A stretch of DNA of 64,000 bases from Dicyema japonicum (lineage: Eukaryota; Animalia; Dicyemida), in NCBI GenBank assembly GCA_011109175.1, contig RDEW01000009.1:1229652-1293651 (forward strand), read 5' to 3'. The position numbers and the translations under genes were made by a program. How positions within the stretch are numbered: position 1 is the first letter of the stretch; each line of letters begins with the position of its first letter. This document shows positions 13,175 through 26,509 of this stretch, piece after piece. Under the pieces are notes generated by a model that was given only the letters and a program-made list of their open reading frames with translations, made no database searches and was not told the DNA's origin.

Positions 13175-13764
13175 GGACCTAGATGCTCTCCGAAAAATCC
13201 TCAAAAGGCCACGTGGTGCAGCTCAAACGACAGAATCTCCAAGTTGTGCTCAAAATAAAGGCTGAGTCATAGAAACTGTGGTTATACAATCAGGACCTAG
13301 ATGCTCTCCGAAAAATCCTCAAAAGGCCACGTGGTGCAGCTCAAACGACAGAATCTCCAAGTTGTGCTCAAAATAAACGCTGAGTCATAGAAACTGTGGT
13401 TATACAATCAGGACCTAGATGCTCTCCGAAAAATCCTCAAAAGGCCACGTGGTGCAGCTCAAACGACAGAATCTCCAAGTTGTGCTCAAAATAAACGCTG
13501 AGTCATAGAAACTGTGGTTATACAATCAGGACCTAGATGCTCTCCGAAAAATCCTCAAAAGGCCACGTGGTGCAGCTCAAACGACAGAATCTCCAAGTTG
13601 TGCTCAAAATAAACGCTGAGTCATAGAAACTGTGGTTATACAATCAGGACCTAGATGCTCTCCGAAAAATCCTCAAAAGGCCACGTGGTGCAGCTCAAAC
13701 GACAGAATCTCCAAGTTGTGCTCAAAATAAACGCTGAGTCATAGAAACTGTGGTTATACAATCA
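13175..13764. repeat. Tandem repeat, 5 x 118 bp, near-identical
   Basis: The unit GGACCTAGATGCTCTCCG...TATACAATCA starts at 13175, 13293, 13411, 13529 and 13647. I saw one substitution (first unit). Confidence 0.97.
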
Positions 13765-14199
13765 GTTAAATATTAATAAAACTCAGCGTAGCATTAATAA
13801 TTATAAATCTACATAATTTTGAATGTCAGAAATGAACAAAGACCAAGTTGTTAGTTTTTCCACTTTACTTTTAAGAATAACATTTTAGAAGAAATCGAAC
13901 GCAAAGTAGAAAATTCAGTGACTTCTGAGATTGGGGGGTTCGATTTGTATTCATGTCTAGTATGTCCGATTATTCAAATGATAATTCTATGTATTTTTTG
14001 GCTTATTTTTAGAAACTGCAAAGAAAAACTGTAATATATTTATATTTCTTTAGATACGAGACTGTCGTTAAAATTATAAACAACGTCGACGATCAGCTAA
14101 ATAATGATAAATATAACCTTTGAGGGTTCTGAAACCTCACACTAACAATAATTTAGAAATTTAGGAATTAACAAATTTCAATCAAACGTTAAATGTTGG

Positions 14200-14950
14200 T
14201 TTATTAATTGAGTTAATTCTTTATTAGCACACAAGTTAAGTGGTTTTAATGTGAGGGATGGTTGAAATATTGTGGGTCCTGCCTTGTAGGGCCTGGACCT
14301 TTCACTGGAGTACCTCCACAATTGTATATATGATGACAGTCCACAGGCAAAGACATAATCTTCTATTCCACAGGCTCTAATTGTTTTTAATAATGCCTCT
14401 TGATACATAATCAGTTTTTTGGTAAAAGTCAGTTTTTTATGGTAGAAGGTTAAACCTTTCTTTCCTTGGAGTTAAAAACTACACTTCGCATCTCCGAACA
14501 AGCGAAGGCAGAATGATTGCCTAAATTGAAATAAGGGTGTCTCAAAGAATCCGGAGCTTCTAGAGGCGTGGATTGGAAGACTTTCTTTTTCTCGGCCTCA
14601 ATATTCTAAAGTCTCCTTTTCGCTCAAAATGGACCCTAAGACATTCTTCACCCCTCACAATTTACAGTCTGATCTGAGAATTTCCTAAGATTTGCAATTC
14701 AAATCGCGGTCATTTAAGATCAGCCTCTTTCTCCTACAGCAGTAATCGATACATTCCACAAACTGCATTAATTTTCTTTCAGAAAGTTCATAGCTATTCG
14801 ACGTGTCTGAGATAAGGATATAATTCGCATAGATTGGTGCTTGTGAGCTCGGTTAATATGGTTGGTGGAAGTCGTGATAATAATATTAAAAAGGGGGCTT
14901 GGGACGAAAAAGTTGGTAAGTGATCAGACTATCATACTCTCCACCAACAT
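14200..14950 (-). mobile_element. Highly degraded RT fragment
   Basis: Reverse-strand remnant resembling the SPLLFNI motif near 14895-14915; no intact ORF. Confidence 0.3.
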
Positions 14951-15799
14951 TTGAGTAACGTTTTTAGGAAATATGTCCCATAACAAGAGTTATTCTTCTA
15001 TGGCTATGCTTGAAGATTATATTTTGAATTTGAAGTTCTTTTTTTTTAATTTTAAGCCATAAAATGTACATTTGTGAATTGACTACATTTATGGTCTCAG
15101 TTAGTTATATTGCACTGAGAAAGTTGAGTGAAGACCAGATAATTATCTTGCATGAATCCTTATTTATTTTTTAAGCAAAGTTATTTTATTTATAATAACT
15201 TTTAATTGTAGAAAAATTAAAACCATAAAATATAAAATTAATTTATCATTTATTTTTTGTATATAATCGTCGGTAAAATGATGCTCATGGTTGCCCTTGG
15301 GTTAATTAAGTCATTAAATTGTGCTTCCACCATGTATGCGTAAGTTCTTAAAATCAATGGTGGGGTACTGTTGTGCCTCGTGGGCTTATGGTTTTTTATA
15401 CCACACCACGAACCATAAGATGACTATGATTTTTGATGGAGAAATTATATACTTCACCACACTCACGCGTCTTCCAATCGGGAGCGCATTTGATGACTTA
15501 TGAAGTCTGGTAAAATCTGGCAGCTTTTTTCCGCATCAGTAATTCTTTTACTGACAACATCATAAAAGCAGGGTTTCTCACTTCTTTGGTGCAAAATATT
15601 TTCCCGAAAGTTAGGCATTCCAAAAGAGGCCTCTCCCCCCTGCACTTGTTACAATGCACCACCTAGCCTTATTATTTTTTTTAAACTCCGAATATACCCG
15701 AAATCGATTTTATCCAACTTTCTGGGTTGGAGTTTTTTGTTGTTGAAGCCAAGCTTTGGGTATTGCCTGAGTTAAGTGGATCCATTGAAGTGACCACAA

Positions 15800-16800
15800 A
15801 GCAGAATCCTTTAACCAGGTAGATAGTGTGCATAAATTATAGAAAATCGTGAATGGCTATTGGGAAATCAACTGAATTGTGTTGCTACGGTTCATAGACA
15901 TACTCATAATTAATTTGGAAGCTCAACCTAGCGTTGTCATATAGAATTGCTTCACCTTGGAGGATCAAAATCATTTTAAGCCACGATTTCGGTCTTAGTC
16001 ATTATGTCCCTCTTGTCTTCTATACGACCATAAGACAAAACACCTCTTCTCTTGTCTGAGGTTAAACCGGATAGACCTGACAGATCTGAGAGCGTCCGCT
16101 TTTGGTGGTTACTTTAATGTTATGTTGTCTCTCGAGTCCCGATTGGGTGTGTAAAGATAAATTTGAATATCTGAGCATGTATTATTTTTTGTGGTAATAC
16201 AATCTCTCTTTTATGTCTAAACACTCGAAATAGTACTCGTCGCTGAGTCATTGATTTACAGGAGGCTATTTTCGATATTTTGTTTAAGCAGATTAAGTTT
16301 TCTCAAGTGAACATTCTAATGGATTTGTCATCGTTCTGACATTTACTGATTCTCTGTTTTATAAGGTTTTCTGACCAAGTGAGATCCTTACATTCCGACC
16401 ATAACGAACCTGTTTCGTGAACTGGCTAAAATCCATCAACTACCTCCCATAAAACCAAGTCAAAGGCAAACATGACCACATCTCTACAAAGGCTATCCGA
16501 AGACTGATCTGGAACGATCTGCTGGATTACCTTCCTCCATTTGTGAATGAATCGAAGACTACACTCGACAGAGAAACAAGGAGGACCCTAGCATAACTAC
16601 GTTCTTGGCACTTTTTCCTTATAGATGAGTTGGGTCCTTGACTCCCATCATCGGACCAACTATCATTGATTTTGCAAAAAGCTTTCTCCTTCCCGAAACT
16701 TCGGTGAACATCAAAGACTTGTGGAAGCGTCCAGTTGGTGTCGCCAGAGGATGGATGGCCTCTTACAGGGTAGCGAGGTCAAGGTCGATAATTTATGAGT
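15800..16800 (+). mobile_element. Highly degraded LINE fragment
   Basis: LHSDHN (APE end) near 16390 and a DFAKA-like motif near 16670. Confidence 0.3.
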
Positions 16801-16864
16801 TGAAGTGAAATTCCAAATTAAAGAATAGTCGTAACCAAGACAACAATAATAAATTGGTGTGACC

Positions 16865-17378
16865 ATGCCTACAGCCCAGCGTCCTTTAATACTCTTGATA
16901 GGACTAGACGGATGCGGTAAAACTTCATTGATGAGAAATTTGGTACCCTCCGCTAAACCTAGCGTGGGAATATCGGAATATTATTTTAACTTCAAATCCC
17001 GTCCAGTGGAAGTAATTGAAATTTCTGGACATGGCCGGTGCAGTCATTTCTTTACGTAGATGTCGTCATTTGTGGGACAATTTTCTACAGGAATGTCAAG
17101 GAATAATTTTTGTAATAGACAGCGAACAGAAAAACCGCTATGACGTTAGCTATTGCGAGTACAAACGTATTACAGATAATGATCTCACCAAATATGTCCC
17201 CATAATATTGGGAGTTAATAGATCGACCGACGAACAACTCAGAAAAATTGAGTCTCTCTTTAGCAGTGATGAATTGGCCATAAAGCCCATTATTATGGTA
17301 ATAGATTGTCTCAATGGAAATGGAGTTGACTATGCTTTTAATTTTATTTTAAATAAATTTAACATTTATTTTTTTTAA
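16865..17378 (+). CDS. ARF-like small GTPase, most similar to ARL6/BBS3, divergent
   Basis: P-loop GLDGCGKTS. Removing a 22-nt intron (17038-17059) gives EISGHGRCRHLW..QGIIFVIDS, matching ARL6 DMSGQGRYRNLW..AIIFVIDS. Confidence 0.8.
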
Positions 17379-17899
17379 TTTCAACAACTACCACAGACTG
17401 AGTCCTTCCCACACTGAGTCCAGGCTTCGGATATGACCTTGATGAACGGAGATAGAAAGGAGTTATGTAAGGTATCAGCTAAGATCATTAGCTTTAAGGG
17501 CATGAGGACAAATAGAGTAGAAGTGTAACGTCCTTCGCCAAATGATGACCAAGATCATCTATGGCAATCGAAAGTTTTAATTAGGACAAGCCCGGGCTGT
17601 TCAATCGAATATTCAGGACATTTTGTGTCGAACTCAGTAGAATCAAGTGATCTATGGATGTCATCATGTATGAAGGCATTAGAACATTTGAAGTTTTATG
17701 TTTTTCGGTATATGAATACGATCCTTTAGAGACAACACAGAATGGCAGACAAGTACCTTCAGTTTTCAAGACGTGGAATATTTTTCCTTTAAAAAGGGAA
17801 TACCAATAAAGGTCAAATACGAAATGTGGGATGATTTGGCGTCAGACGACAATTCCTCAAATTTTTTCAACAGCGGAAATATTGGCCTAATATACGCCC

Positions 17900-19010
17900 A
17901 CAATGATTCTCTCACCCCTATCATTGATGCCTATTTTTGAGTTGGTCGATATAATCAACAAATCTGCACAATCTCCCGGACAAACATTAACCGGTCTACC
18001 TATGTTACCAAACTCCAGCCAAGATTGTCTTTAACTATTATCTAAATATTATTTTATAACTCCACAAAAATGAATCGGATTATATCTTCAAGATTCAATT
18101 TAGAGATCTCTAACCATGTTCCTGATTTATGTAACCGCGTTCCACAGGGCTCCCCATTATCTCCCCTATTGTTCAACGTTATGATGGATGACTTGCCACT
18201 CCCTCAGGGGGACGATGACTTATTATTAACGTAATCTGATGATATAGTCATTGCCTCGAGGGATGTGAGTATTGTGGAAGCAACGAGAATACAGGACATT
18301 ATGAATAAATTAAGTTTATGGCTTTGGGAAAATCAATTGACTGCTAGCCCAGAGAAGTCGGTGTCGACCCTATTCACGACAAACAGAAGACTAGGGAAAT
18401 TGACGTCACACTGGATGGGAAGATTATCCGTAAAACAAATACCAGAAAATCCTGGGAGTCACCTTGGACACCTTCTTAAACTTTACAAAACACGTTGAAA
18501 ATATGTTATTGACTTGAACGAGAGAAAATCAACTTCTCGAAGGCGTTCTTGAGAAACTTAAGAGACATAAAAGATGAGTGGTCTGGATGTCATATACAAA
18601 CAGTTCATCGAGGCTACAATAGGATACGCATGTAATATCTGGGGATCGAACCTTTCTGCAACGAATTTGGACAAGATATGCAACATTCAAGTAAAGGCAG
18701 CAAACCAACTAAAGAAATATTCCCGAGTGGAAATCCTGCCAAGAAACTTAGAAAACATGATAGAGGCGACTGGAACAGTGCCTCTTCCGAAGGACTCGGG
18801 TATGCGGACCCGCCATTAGGAAATGCGCAGGAACGCAGTCGGAACACCGAGAAAAGATGCGGAGACTGCTAAGGGAGGCTGGGATCACCTGAATTTGTTT
18901 ATTTTGGTTATGACGGTGGTTTTTTTCGATGGCCTCAATCAGATTTCTCATCTCTCCTCGTGCACCTTCTGGGATCCACCAAACATCTCTCCGGGCGGGT
19001 GCTTTAGGTA
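17900..19010 (+). mobile_element. LINE RT 3' portion, degraded
   Basis: VPQGSPLSPLLFNVMMDDLP at ~18139, SDDIV, and a C-terminal WDHL shared with the element at 56770-58472. Confidence 0.75.
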
Positions 19011-19189
19011 ATAGAAATTAGAAAAGAGTGATGTATACCTTTCTCATAAGACACGTCGTAGATGTGTATTGTTGAGAGTTGCACCGCTTGTACAGGGTAG
19101 CAAATTCCTATCCAATTATCGGATAAGGTCATTAAGTGATGAAGGTATTAGTTTTTATAGTTTCCAGAGATTATTAGTAGTATAGGCTG

Positions 19190-19560
19190 TTAAGGCCTGA
19201 ATGTCCCGGATTCTTTGTTTGTTCGTCCAGAACAGATTGATTCCCCATGAAGTACAGCATAGCTGACAGATGGCTCAATGAATTGTTTGTACAACAAATT
19301 CAAAGCTGGGAAAAGAGTTTTAATGCCACCGAAAATAGTTTTGATAATCCCTAGCTTTCTTGAGCAGCTTCCAGAGACATCGTCGACGTGAGATGAAAGG
19401 GAAATGTGTGTGTCGAAGGTGATCCTTAAAAATTTCAGTTTCTTCGTGAAAGGTATTTTTGTCTGGTTGATAAATATATCAACTGTCATTTGTCCAAGTC
19501 GTCTGTCCACATCCACTGTCATTTGTCCAATAAGGACGAAAAAGATTTTCAGTAGATATA
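19190..19560 (-). mobile_element. LINE RT C-terminal fragment
   Basis: LKFLRITFDTHISLSSHV..LLYKQFIEPSVSYA. Confidence 0.7.
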
Positions 19561-19939
19561 TCAAGCCGGTTATAATTTAGCCAAATTTGAATCTTGTGAA
19601 AATATTCTTGTAGTCTTTCTGATGCCTTAATGAGATCTTGATCGCTAGAACAATTTCCGGGTTAGGATTTTCCTTAAGACAGAGTCGAAGGCCTTTTGTA
19701 AATCGATCTAGCAAACGACTGTTTTGAGGTTGCGAGGATTTGTGTTAAAGCCTTCAAGGATAAATTGGTTGAGGGCAGTGAGGTGAGTGACCTTCTTAAT
19801 CCATGTTGTGAATACAGTTTCCATATAGTGTTATTGTTTTTTTCCATTCTAAAATTTTTTATTTTAAACCATATAAATGTAAAAAAGGTAAGAGATTTTA
19901 TTTTATGAATAATAATATCTATCAAGTCGCTCTTTAACG

Positions 19940-20783
19940 AAGTAATCGGTTATTTTTCCTCCAATTTTGTAACCATTTCGGATGTTTCTCATTACTGCCA
20001 TTCGAAATTCGTAGAATTTTTTTAATGACTTTGGTGTTATGCAGGGAATGTTCTGTTCCAGAGTATTCAAAGTTTCCAGAATTTGTTCTCTGTCACGTCC
20101 TCGTTTTTAACTATATCTCCATTATAGATAAAAGTGTCGCATTCAATTGTTTCTTCATCATCAGCCTCGGTTAATATTTCATTTATAGGTTCGGTCATTA
20201 TTTCATCAGTTAGGCAATCATCAATATTTAAAACATCACGAATTTTTTTCAATTTGTTTCCAACAATCTGTGACTGAAATTTCTGTTACTTCATTCCAAC
20301 TTTTTGAAACCAGCACTACAACCTGACGAAGGTTTAGTTTTGAAAGACGTTCTTTAAGATCACTTTCGATGTCCTGAAGACATAAAAATTCGATTAAAAA
20401 AGTAGAGTAATAGTTTTTGAATATATTTTATGATCCCCATATATAGGGTGTCGTATTTTTAGGCAAAAAAGAATTCGATATTGGAGCATTCAATAGTTTT
20501 CCTGCATTATCAAGTAATAATAATATTTTTCTTTGATGAGTAACCAATTTCTCATTTAGCTTGCATAACCAGCTTTTAAAAATGTTCCCAATCATCCATG
20601 CACTTTTGGAAGCTGAATATAAAACACCAAAATCTTCAATCGAAATTTTGCTCCGGTTTGGGGCTCCAGAAAAATTCCAAATTTGTAAATTAATGCTGGA
20701 AAATAGATTCCAAATGAAAACTGCCCAGAAAAGCGGGGGTGCCCCACCCGGGGTGTGCTCCGAAACGGGGTCGGACTGTAGTT
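19940..20783 (-). mobile_element. pogo/Tigger remnant with one TIR
   Basis: Terminus GGGGTCGGACTG|TA at ~20768-20782 (reverse: TA|CAGTCCGACCCC), related to the TIR at 40671; acidic C-terminal ORF at 20067-20252. Confidence 0.45.
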
Positions 20784-21367
20784 GGAATTGTATTCATGTT
20801 TATTGAATAGTTAAAAATCACTGTGCTTGCATCAATCGCAATAGGTCCAAGGTGTTTTAGTAAATACCAGTGATAGAATCAGGCCAACATGAGAGGGAAG
20901 AATTCATCCTCTTCAAACCCTCACTGACATCTGAAGTTAATCGGGTGGGTTCTATTCGGTCTTAATGAGGATAATAAGGCCCATCCATTTTCCTAATAAT
21001 TTTGTGGCTTATACTGGCGCAACATTTCATGAGCTTGGTAAGACTGTGCTGATCCGTCTGTTGTCTTTTAAAATTTCCTTTTGGGCCAAATTGTTTAATT
21101 TCTCTCCATATCGTCTGAGCGGATTTCTGAAATAAGGGAAGATCCATTAGTACCATTTGTTGGCTTCAGCTTTTCTCATCCTTTTTGATGCTTCGTTATT
21201 TAGAATCATTATATTGAATTTCGATAACTGGGATTAACAAAACAATAAACTAATTATTAAAATTCAATTTAAATAAAATAAAATTACCATTGTCAGAATT
21301 AATTAATATTCACACTGTGATCGAAAATTCCATCAATTAAATGGACCGATCCACCTGTAATGATGAA

Positions 21368-22248
21368 ATGAATGTAGAAAATGTTGTTTATTCCTTATAT
21401 TTCAGAAGCAATTCAATATTTCCGAAGCCTCTTCTTTCATCAATCAGGTGGCTGGCCACACTGACGGAAAAGTCAAAGGTCCCCCATTCGATAATTTCAG
21501 ATTTTCTCAAATATGGGGACGACAAGCTCCTGAAGAGACTCAAGCCCGACAGAAGGGGAAAAGTCGAAGAGTCCTACTATAAAACCATCTCGAGTTCATC
21601 AGCGGACGAGTTCAACTCCCTATTTTACAAGTTCACCCCCACCTACTACTATACTCTCTTCAACCCTGAGTCTGCCAGCTGTATGGTTTATTTCTCACCG
21701 AGATTACCTCTGCCTCAAGGACGTCTCATCCATGTTTAAGAACCCTTCGTTGATCGACATCAAGATCGGTCATGTCACGTGGGAACCTGATTGTGTGGAC
21801 TCTTATAAAATCAACAAATTCCCTCATTCAAAGGAGATCAAGTTCAGAATCTGCGGAATGAAGGTTAGCTTAGGTTCCGGCCAGTATGAGGTCTACGGAA
21901 AAGAGTACGGAAGGAAGCTGAACCCCGATAGCACCTTGACAGGTAGCCATGCGGTATACCTTAGCCCTAAAACTGTTTTTTATTAACGGGAGTAGGTTTG
22001 TGAAGCCCATTATAAAGAAGCTAAGGGACCTACTGGATTTGTTTGAGAGGCAAAGAAACTGGCAGTACATTTCGAGCTCACTCTTGATTATATATGAGAA
22101 TTTTGAAGAGACTGAGGGACTTAATGATGAATTTGAGATTAAAATGATTGATTTTGCTCATGCATCGCCCACAAATAAATTGGACACGAATTATATTGAG
22201 GGACTCACATCGCTCATAGCATATTTAAATTCAATCAATTTTAATTAA
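21368..22248 (+). CDS. IPMK: Inositol polyphosphate multikinase (IPK family)
   Basis: Introns at 21383-21405, 21479-21500, 21681-21702 and 21943-21964 (22-23 nt) give an open frame with NQVAGH, PSLIDIKIG (PxxxDxKxG), SSSLL and IDFAH. Alternative ATG at 21341. Confidence 0.9.
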
Positions 22249-22859
22249 TAAATTGTTGTATTATTATTTTTAACTTTAATTATGTAATATTGACAGTCGG
22301 TACGGTGTCATAAATGGTAGACAATATTTAGTCGGTTCATGAATCTCGTGCAGTCTATCCCTTTTGAAGGTTCATCTGCTCTCGCTATAGTTGGCGAGAC
22401 TTTCCAAAGTGGGCAAGTCTCCTAACATCTTTTTAGACAGGAACTCAGATTATATATTTTCGAAACACCTCTGGTGACAGACTTGACCACATCCAAAGTC
22501 TCATATGGAATAAGGACATAAAAGGAATAATTAATTAATAATTATTATGTTAATGTGACCTTTGATCTTGGTGAAGGTTCATATTTTTGATTTAATAGGT
22601 ACTCTGATGTCTCCTCTCCCAGATACTCAAATTAATTATCTCTAAGGTCGTCTGTGCGAATCCGAAAGATAAAGATCTCAACCCTTGTCAAACTGATCCC
22701 ACCAGTGAGGCGACTAGTTCTTCATGCACGACACAGTAGTTAAAAGAAATCTTCATACCTTTCTTCCTGACCAAATTCTCTGATGAAGATTGCATTTTGA
22801 AAACTATTCCGCTAAAGTAGGAATTTGGAAGTAGAATTGAACATTTTTGCCAAGACACC

Positions 22860-23900
22860 ACAATCAAATAACCAGCAGCGCTCATGTGCAGAAATCCGAT
22901 TCCCTAGACGATTCAAGAATTCCAGCGTCGCAGTCGCACGGGAACAAGACGTCTCAACGGTGAGTAGAACAAACACAAAATCATTTGGGGAAGATGGTCA
23001 TCTTATCTGATCGTTCCCTGTTATATCTGCAAAAACCGACTGTTTCGTGCATTGAGGAGTGTCCGGCAGTGTCCAAAACTCCCTAACGACTTCGTTCAAG
23101 GCCATGTGTCTGGGAGATTTTCCGGCACTCTTTGGTTAGATGACACCAGCAGATCTTCAAAAGACTTGGGGCATTGTCCAGACCCCGTTGAGAAAACATG
23201 GAAGGTTGGGAGAACTGATACGTACGACTCCAGGCTCAAGAGCATGACCTGCGTCCTGGTCAGTAGGGAATCCAGGGAGAGTGTAGAATCCTCTGAAAAT
23301 GGTGTCACAGGCCATTAGCGACGAGAAATATGCTGGGAGAGAGATGTCTAGATAGTGTCACTAGCCCTCCGAGTTGACCGGCAGTGTGGCCTGCTTCCAT
23401 GAGTAATCTCAAACCGGACGTCGAAGATACGCTCCGCTTTCGAACGGAAGATCCCGTCAATCTGTGCGAGTTGGTAACGCTGGGTGAAATAGGGAGCAGT
23501 CCTCAGACATATATGCAAGCCTCTGTACGTCGAGGCTGTTCTTTAGGAGGAATAATGATGTGTTCAACACAAGCGGTCCAGAATGTTTTAATCGGGAGGG
23601 AAATACTTCCAGGTAGACAATTAGCTAAAGATGACACAGCTTGTGACTACTTCTATTCTGAAAGTCCAAAAATGTATATTTCGCATTTACTGCAATTTAA
23701 TTCCAGTCCAGCTTCTGACAAGGCTGGAGTTATCACTTCCAAATCCTGGAAGACAAGATCTGGGGTTCTTCCGAGGACCGCATTATCTAGATACTATTGG
23801 TTGAGGGACGATCGCGGAAGTTTAGTGATTCTCTCGAATGCAAGACAGAACAACAGGGGTCAGAGATCTCCTTGTTGCACTTCAGAAGACGAAGGGATTA
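22860..23900 (-). mobile_element. CRE-clade retrotransposon, RT C-terminus to RLE
   Basis: Reverse strand reads YLDNAVLG..GLELNCSKCEI and LYMLRTAP; the HMALNEVV and 3' segments match other CRE copies. Confidence 0.75.
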
Positions 23901-24259
23901 GGTATTCCCAGAAAAATATGGATGAAGATAGACTTTAGGACTTATTCAAAAATCGAAATATTAGAACATCTTTCTATACACGCTCCAGGATATTTTCTCT
24001 CCTAAATTGTAGATAACAGATAACATAATTTATTCGCAAAACCCCAACTAACTAAACAAGGTAAGAGCCATTAACTAAAGAGGAAAAACCAAAATTTGGG
24101 GTCGTCTATATCGGGGCACTCTCATGAGACACCGTATGTCTCTTCTCCGTAAAAAGCCCCAATTACAATGCGAGTTTCCACAAGCAATGTAATAAATCAC
24201 CGATTCTTCTCGTTTTTCTTTCGTATTCGTCATCAATTTCAGATGCTAAATCCAATCCA

Positions 24260-24400
24260 TGTGTTTCAATTTAGTTTCGTTTATAATTAGAACTTCCATC
24301 TGGATCGTGCTGGCTATAGCAACCAGCACTGAGGCCCGTTTCCGAAGAGAACGGGCATTAATCAGGGTTATCCTGACTACTTCTGGTTTTTTCGGTGGCT
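24260..24400 (-). mobile_element. APE endonuclease N-terminal fragment
   Basis: Reverse strand reads RITLINARSLRKR..EVLIINETKL; a pogo-like terminus follows at ~24537-24548. Confidence 0.6.
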
Positions 24401-24874
24401 GCCCTCTCTTCTTAAGAGCACCACTCTCTTCTCTGTGTTGAAGCTTCTACTGTTTCTTTTTTAGAAGGTTTCTTATTATATGTCTAAATTGTAATTATTT
24501 ATAACTTTAAATTACAACCTCAAGCGTTCCAATTAGAGGTCGGACTGTATTACACTTCTTACTCATCATATGGTTTAGTAGACTAGATTTTTTCTCATTG
24601 CAATAAGTTGTCAATTTTGTAATAAAAATTTTATTATTGTTTACAAATCAGTCAAATTGAAGCAATCTTGCAAATCAAGTGGAATTCAATTTAATTTTCA
24701 GGGCAGCCGCTCTATGACCTTTTCGTTTATTTTATTCTGTTCTATTATAATTATTATTATGTACATTCAACGAAAAGAAAATTAATCAATTACGTCGCTT
24801 CTGCCACACCTCAGATAATCTTTGTTGTCGGACGACTCCACGCTCCTCTTGAGATTGCGATTTTAGGAGGTCGT

Positions 24875-25072
24875 TTAAGTCATCAAATTTTTCCAGTCGC
24901 ATTTCGGCATTTTTAAGTCGTTATTTAAGGTCAGTGGAATGGTAGTCCGTGGTCTGCCCCAAAATGGACCAGTGCTTAGGAAGTATGATTCCATGATATC
25001 ATTTGCAGGAGCAGCAGGATCCATCCCCAATATATGTCCACATAATCGAATTAATAATAAGCCAAAAATCAC
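24875..25072 (-). mobile_element. RTE-type LINE 3' fragment
   Basis: LCGHILGMD..GRPRTT..LNNDL, paralleling 49507-49785. Confidence 0.7.
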
Positions 25073-26509
25073 CAGGTAAAACTAATTAAAAGGAAAAAAG
25101 CCATCAGGTGATCCCGGCTTCTCTCAGCAATATTCTCATACTTTCCCGGTATCGCTCTCGGAACCGACACATTTTCGATAACACTGTTCTACTGACGGTT
25201 TTTTAAAACTGTCTTGGGGCAAGAGCACGTAGAATCCACTGGGGAGGCAGTCGAATTTTCTTATTTTAGAGTTTTCAAATACAAATGAGTAATTAAAATG
25301 TTTTAATCAGTAATTGCTTTTACTAGTCTTATTGACGATAGAAATAATAATTGATTATAAATGTCCTTAGAACATGAAATTATAATAACCACCGTAACAG
25401 AATTAACTACTCACGTGATTTCGACATGGTTTAGCAGAGACCTCATCTTTCTCCTTCGAATCTACAAAAACACGTTTCTTACGTGGAACCAATGCTAGTA
25501 GTTGAATGGGCACGCCCCTTGCCTCTGACGAATTAGGGATTCAGGGAAGATTTAATTAACGCCTAATTAAGATATATCAAGTTCCCACAGTCGGAGCGAA
25601 ACATATTTTTCCAACTGTCACGTCTATCCATATCTGCTATTGTAGAAACTCACTCAACTGAGTAGGGGAGAGATATATTCTTTTTGGATGCTGGCCAGAT
25701 ATTAAGCGTCTCGTAAGATAGGTGGATCAAGTGACGCCTCTTATGATTTGAAGATGGCACAGAGAAATGAATTCTTCAACCAGGTTGGTAGCGACATATG
25801 AATCAAGTCCACAGCTAATTGAGTCAAGCGACATCACTAACCACTATTCTACCAGGTCAGGCTAGTAAATATTTTATTGCACAATTGGACACTTTAATGA
25901 TCTGAAACATCAAAAATCAGTTTCACGAATGTAAAAGAAGTTCTGGGGGTGAAAAGAATCATTTGTTCACCTCACTCCCCAACAAACAGCTGTAAATAGA
26001 ACTAATAAAGTTAAATTTTGTTAATTCAAATATCAATTTATTATAAAAGAACAATTGAAGAATTAGTGTTAGTAATAACCCCGAGAGGATCCTCATCCAA
26101 ATTAGCTCTTCCTCAGATATTTTAAACCAACTTTGAATCTTAATCCTCAATGTATGAGGTTACACAAATACATTCGGACAAGAGAGCCGCATAAAGTCCT
26201 CACCCTCACTAACATATAGAAGGCCAGCTAGCATCTATTGTCCATGTTAGTAGTTGTAGTAAACTAGTTAGTTGCCCCGACCCTCACTAGGGGGCAGGAT
26301 GCCATCAAACGTGTTGGGGGCTCCCACAAGTCCCTTGTAGCGATTGGTGTCCGTACTCGTTATAGTAAATCTGTCGTTTATTAAGTCAATAATTAAATAG
26401 GCAGTTTATGAAATTCAGTTTATTAATGTAATTAAACTAATTGATAGGTAAAATCAATTTTTTGCGTGTTTTATAATTGTGCTACTCATATTTCTCTGCT
26501 AATTTCATT

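Noticed and set aside
13175-13764. CRISPR-like array
   Set aside because: The units are contiguous and near-identical with no unique spacers, the context is eukaryotic, and there are no cas genes.
21864-21884. 21-nt GT-AG intron in IPMK
   Set aside because: It is in frame and stop-free, and retention fits the GMxV......Y.K.YGR spacing of the family. Left as coding.
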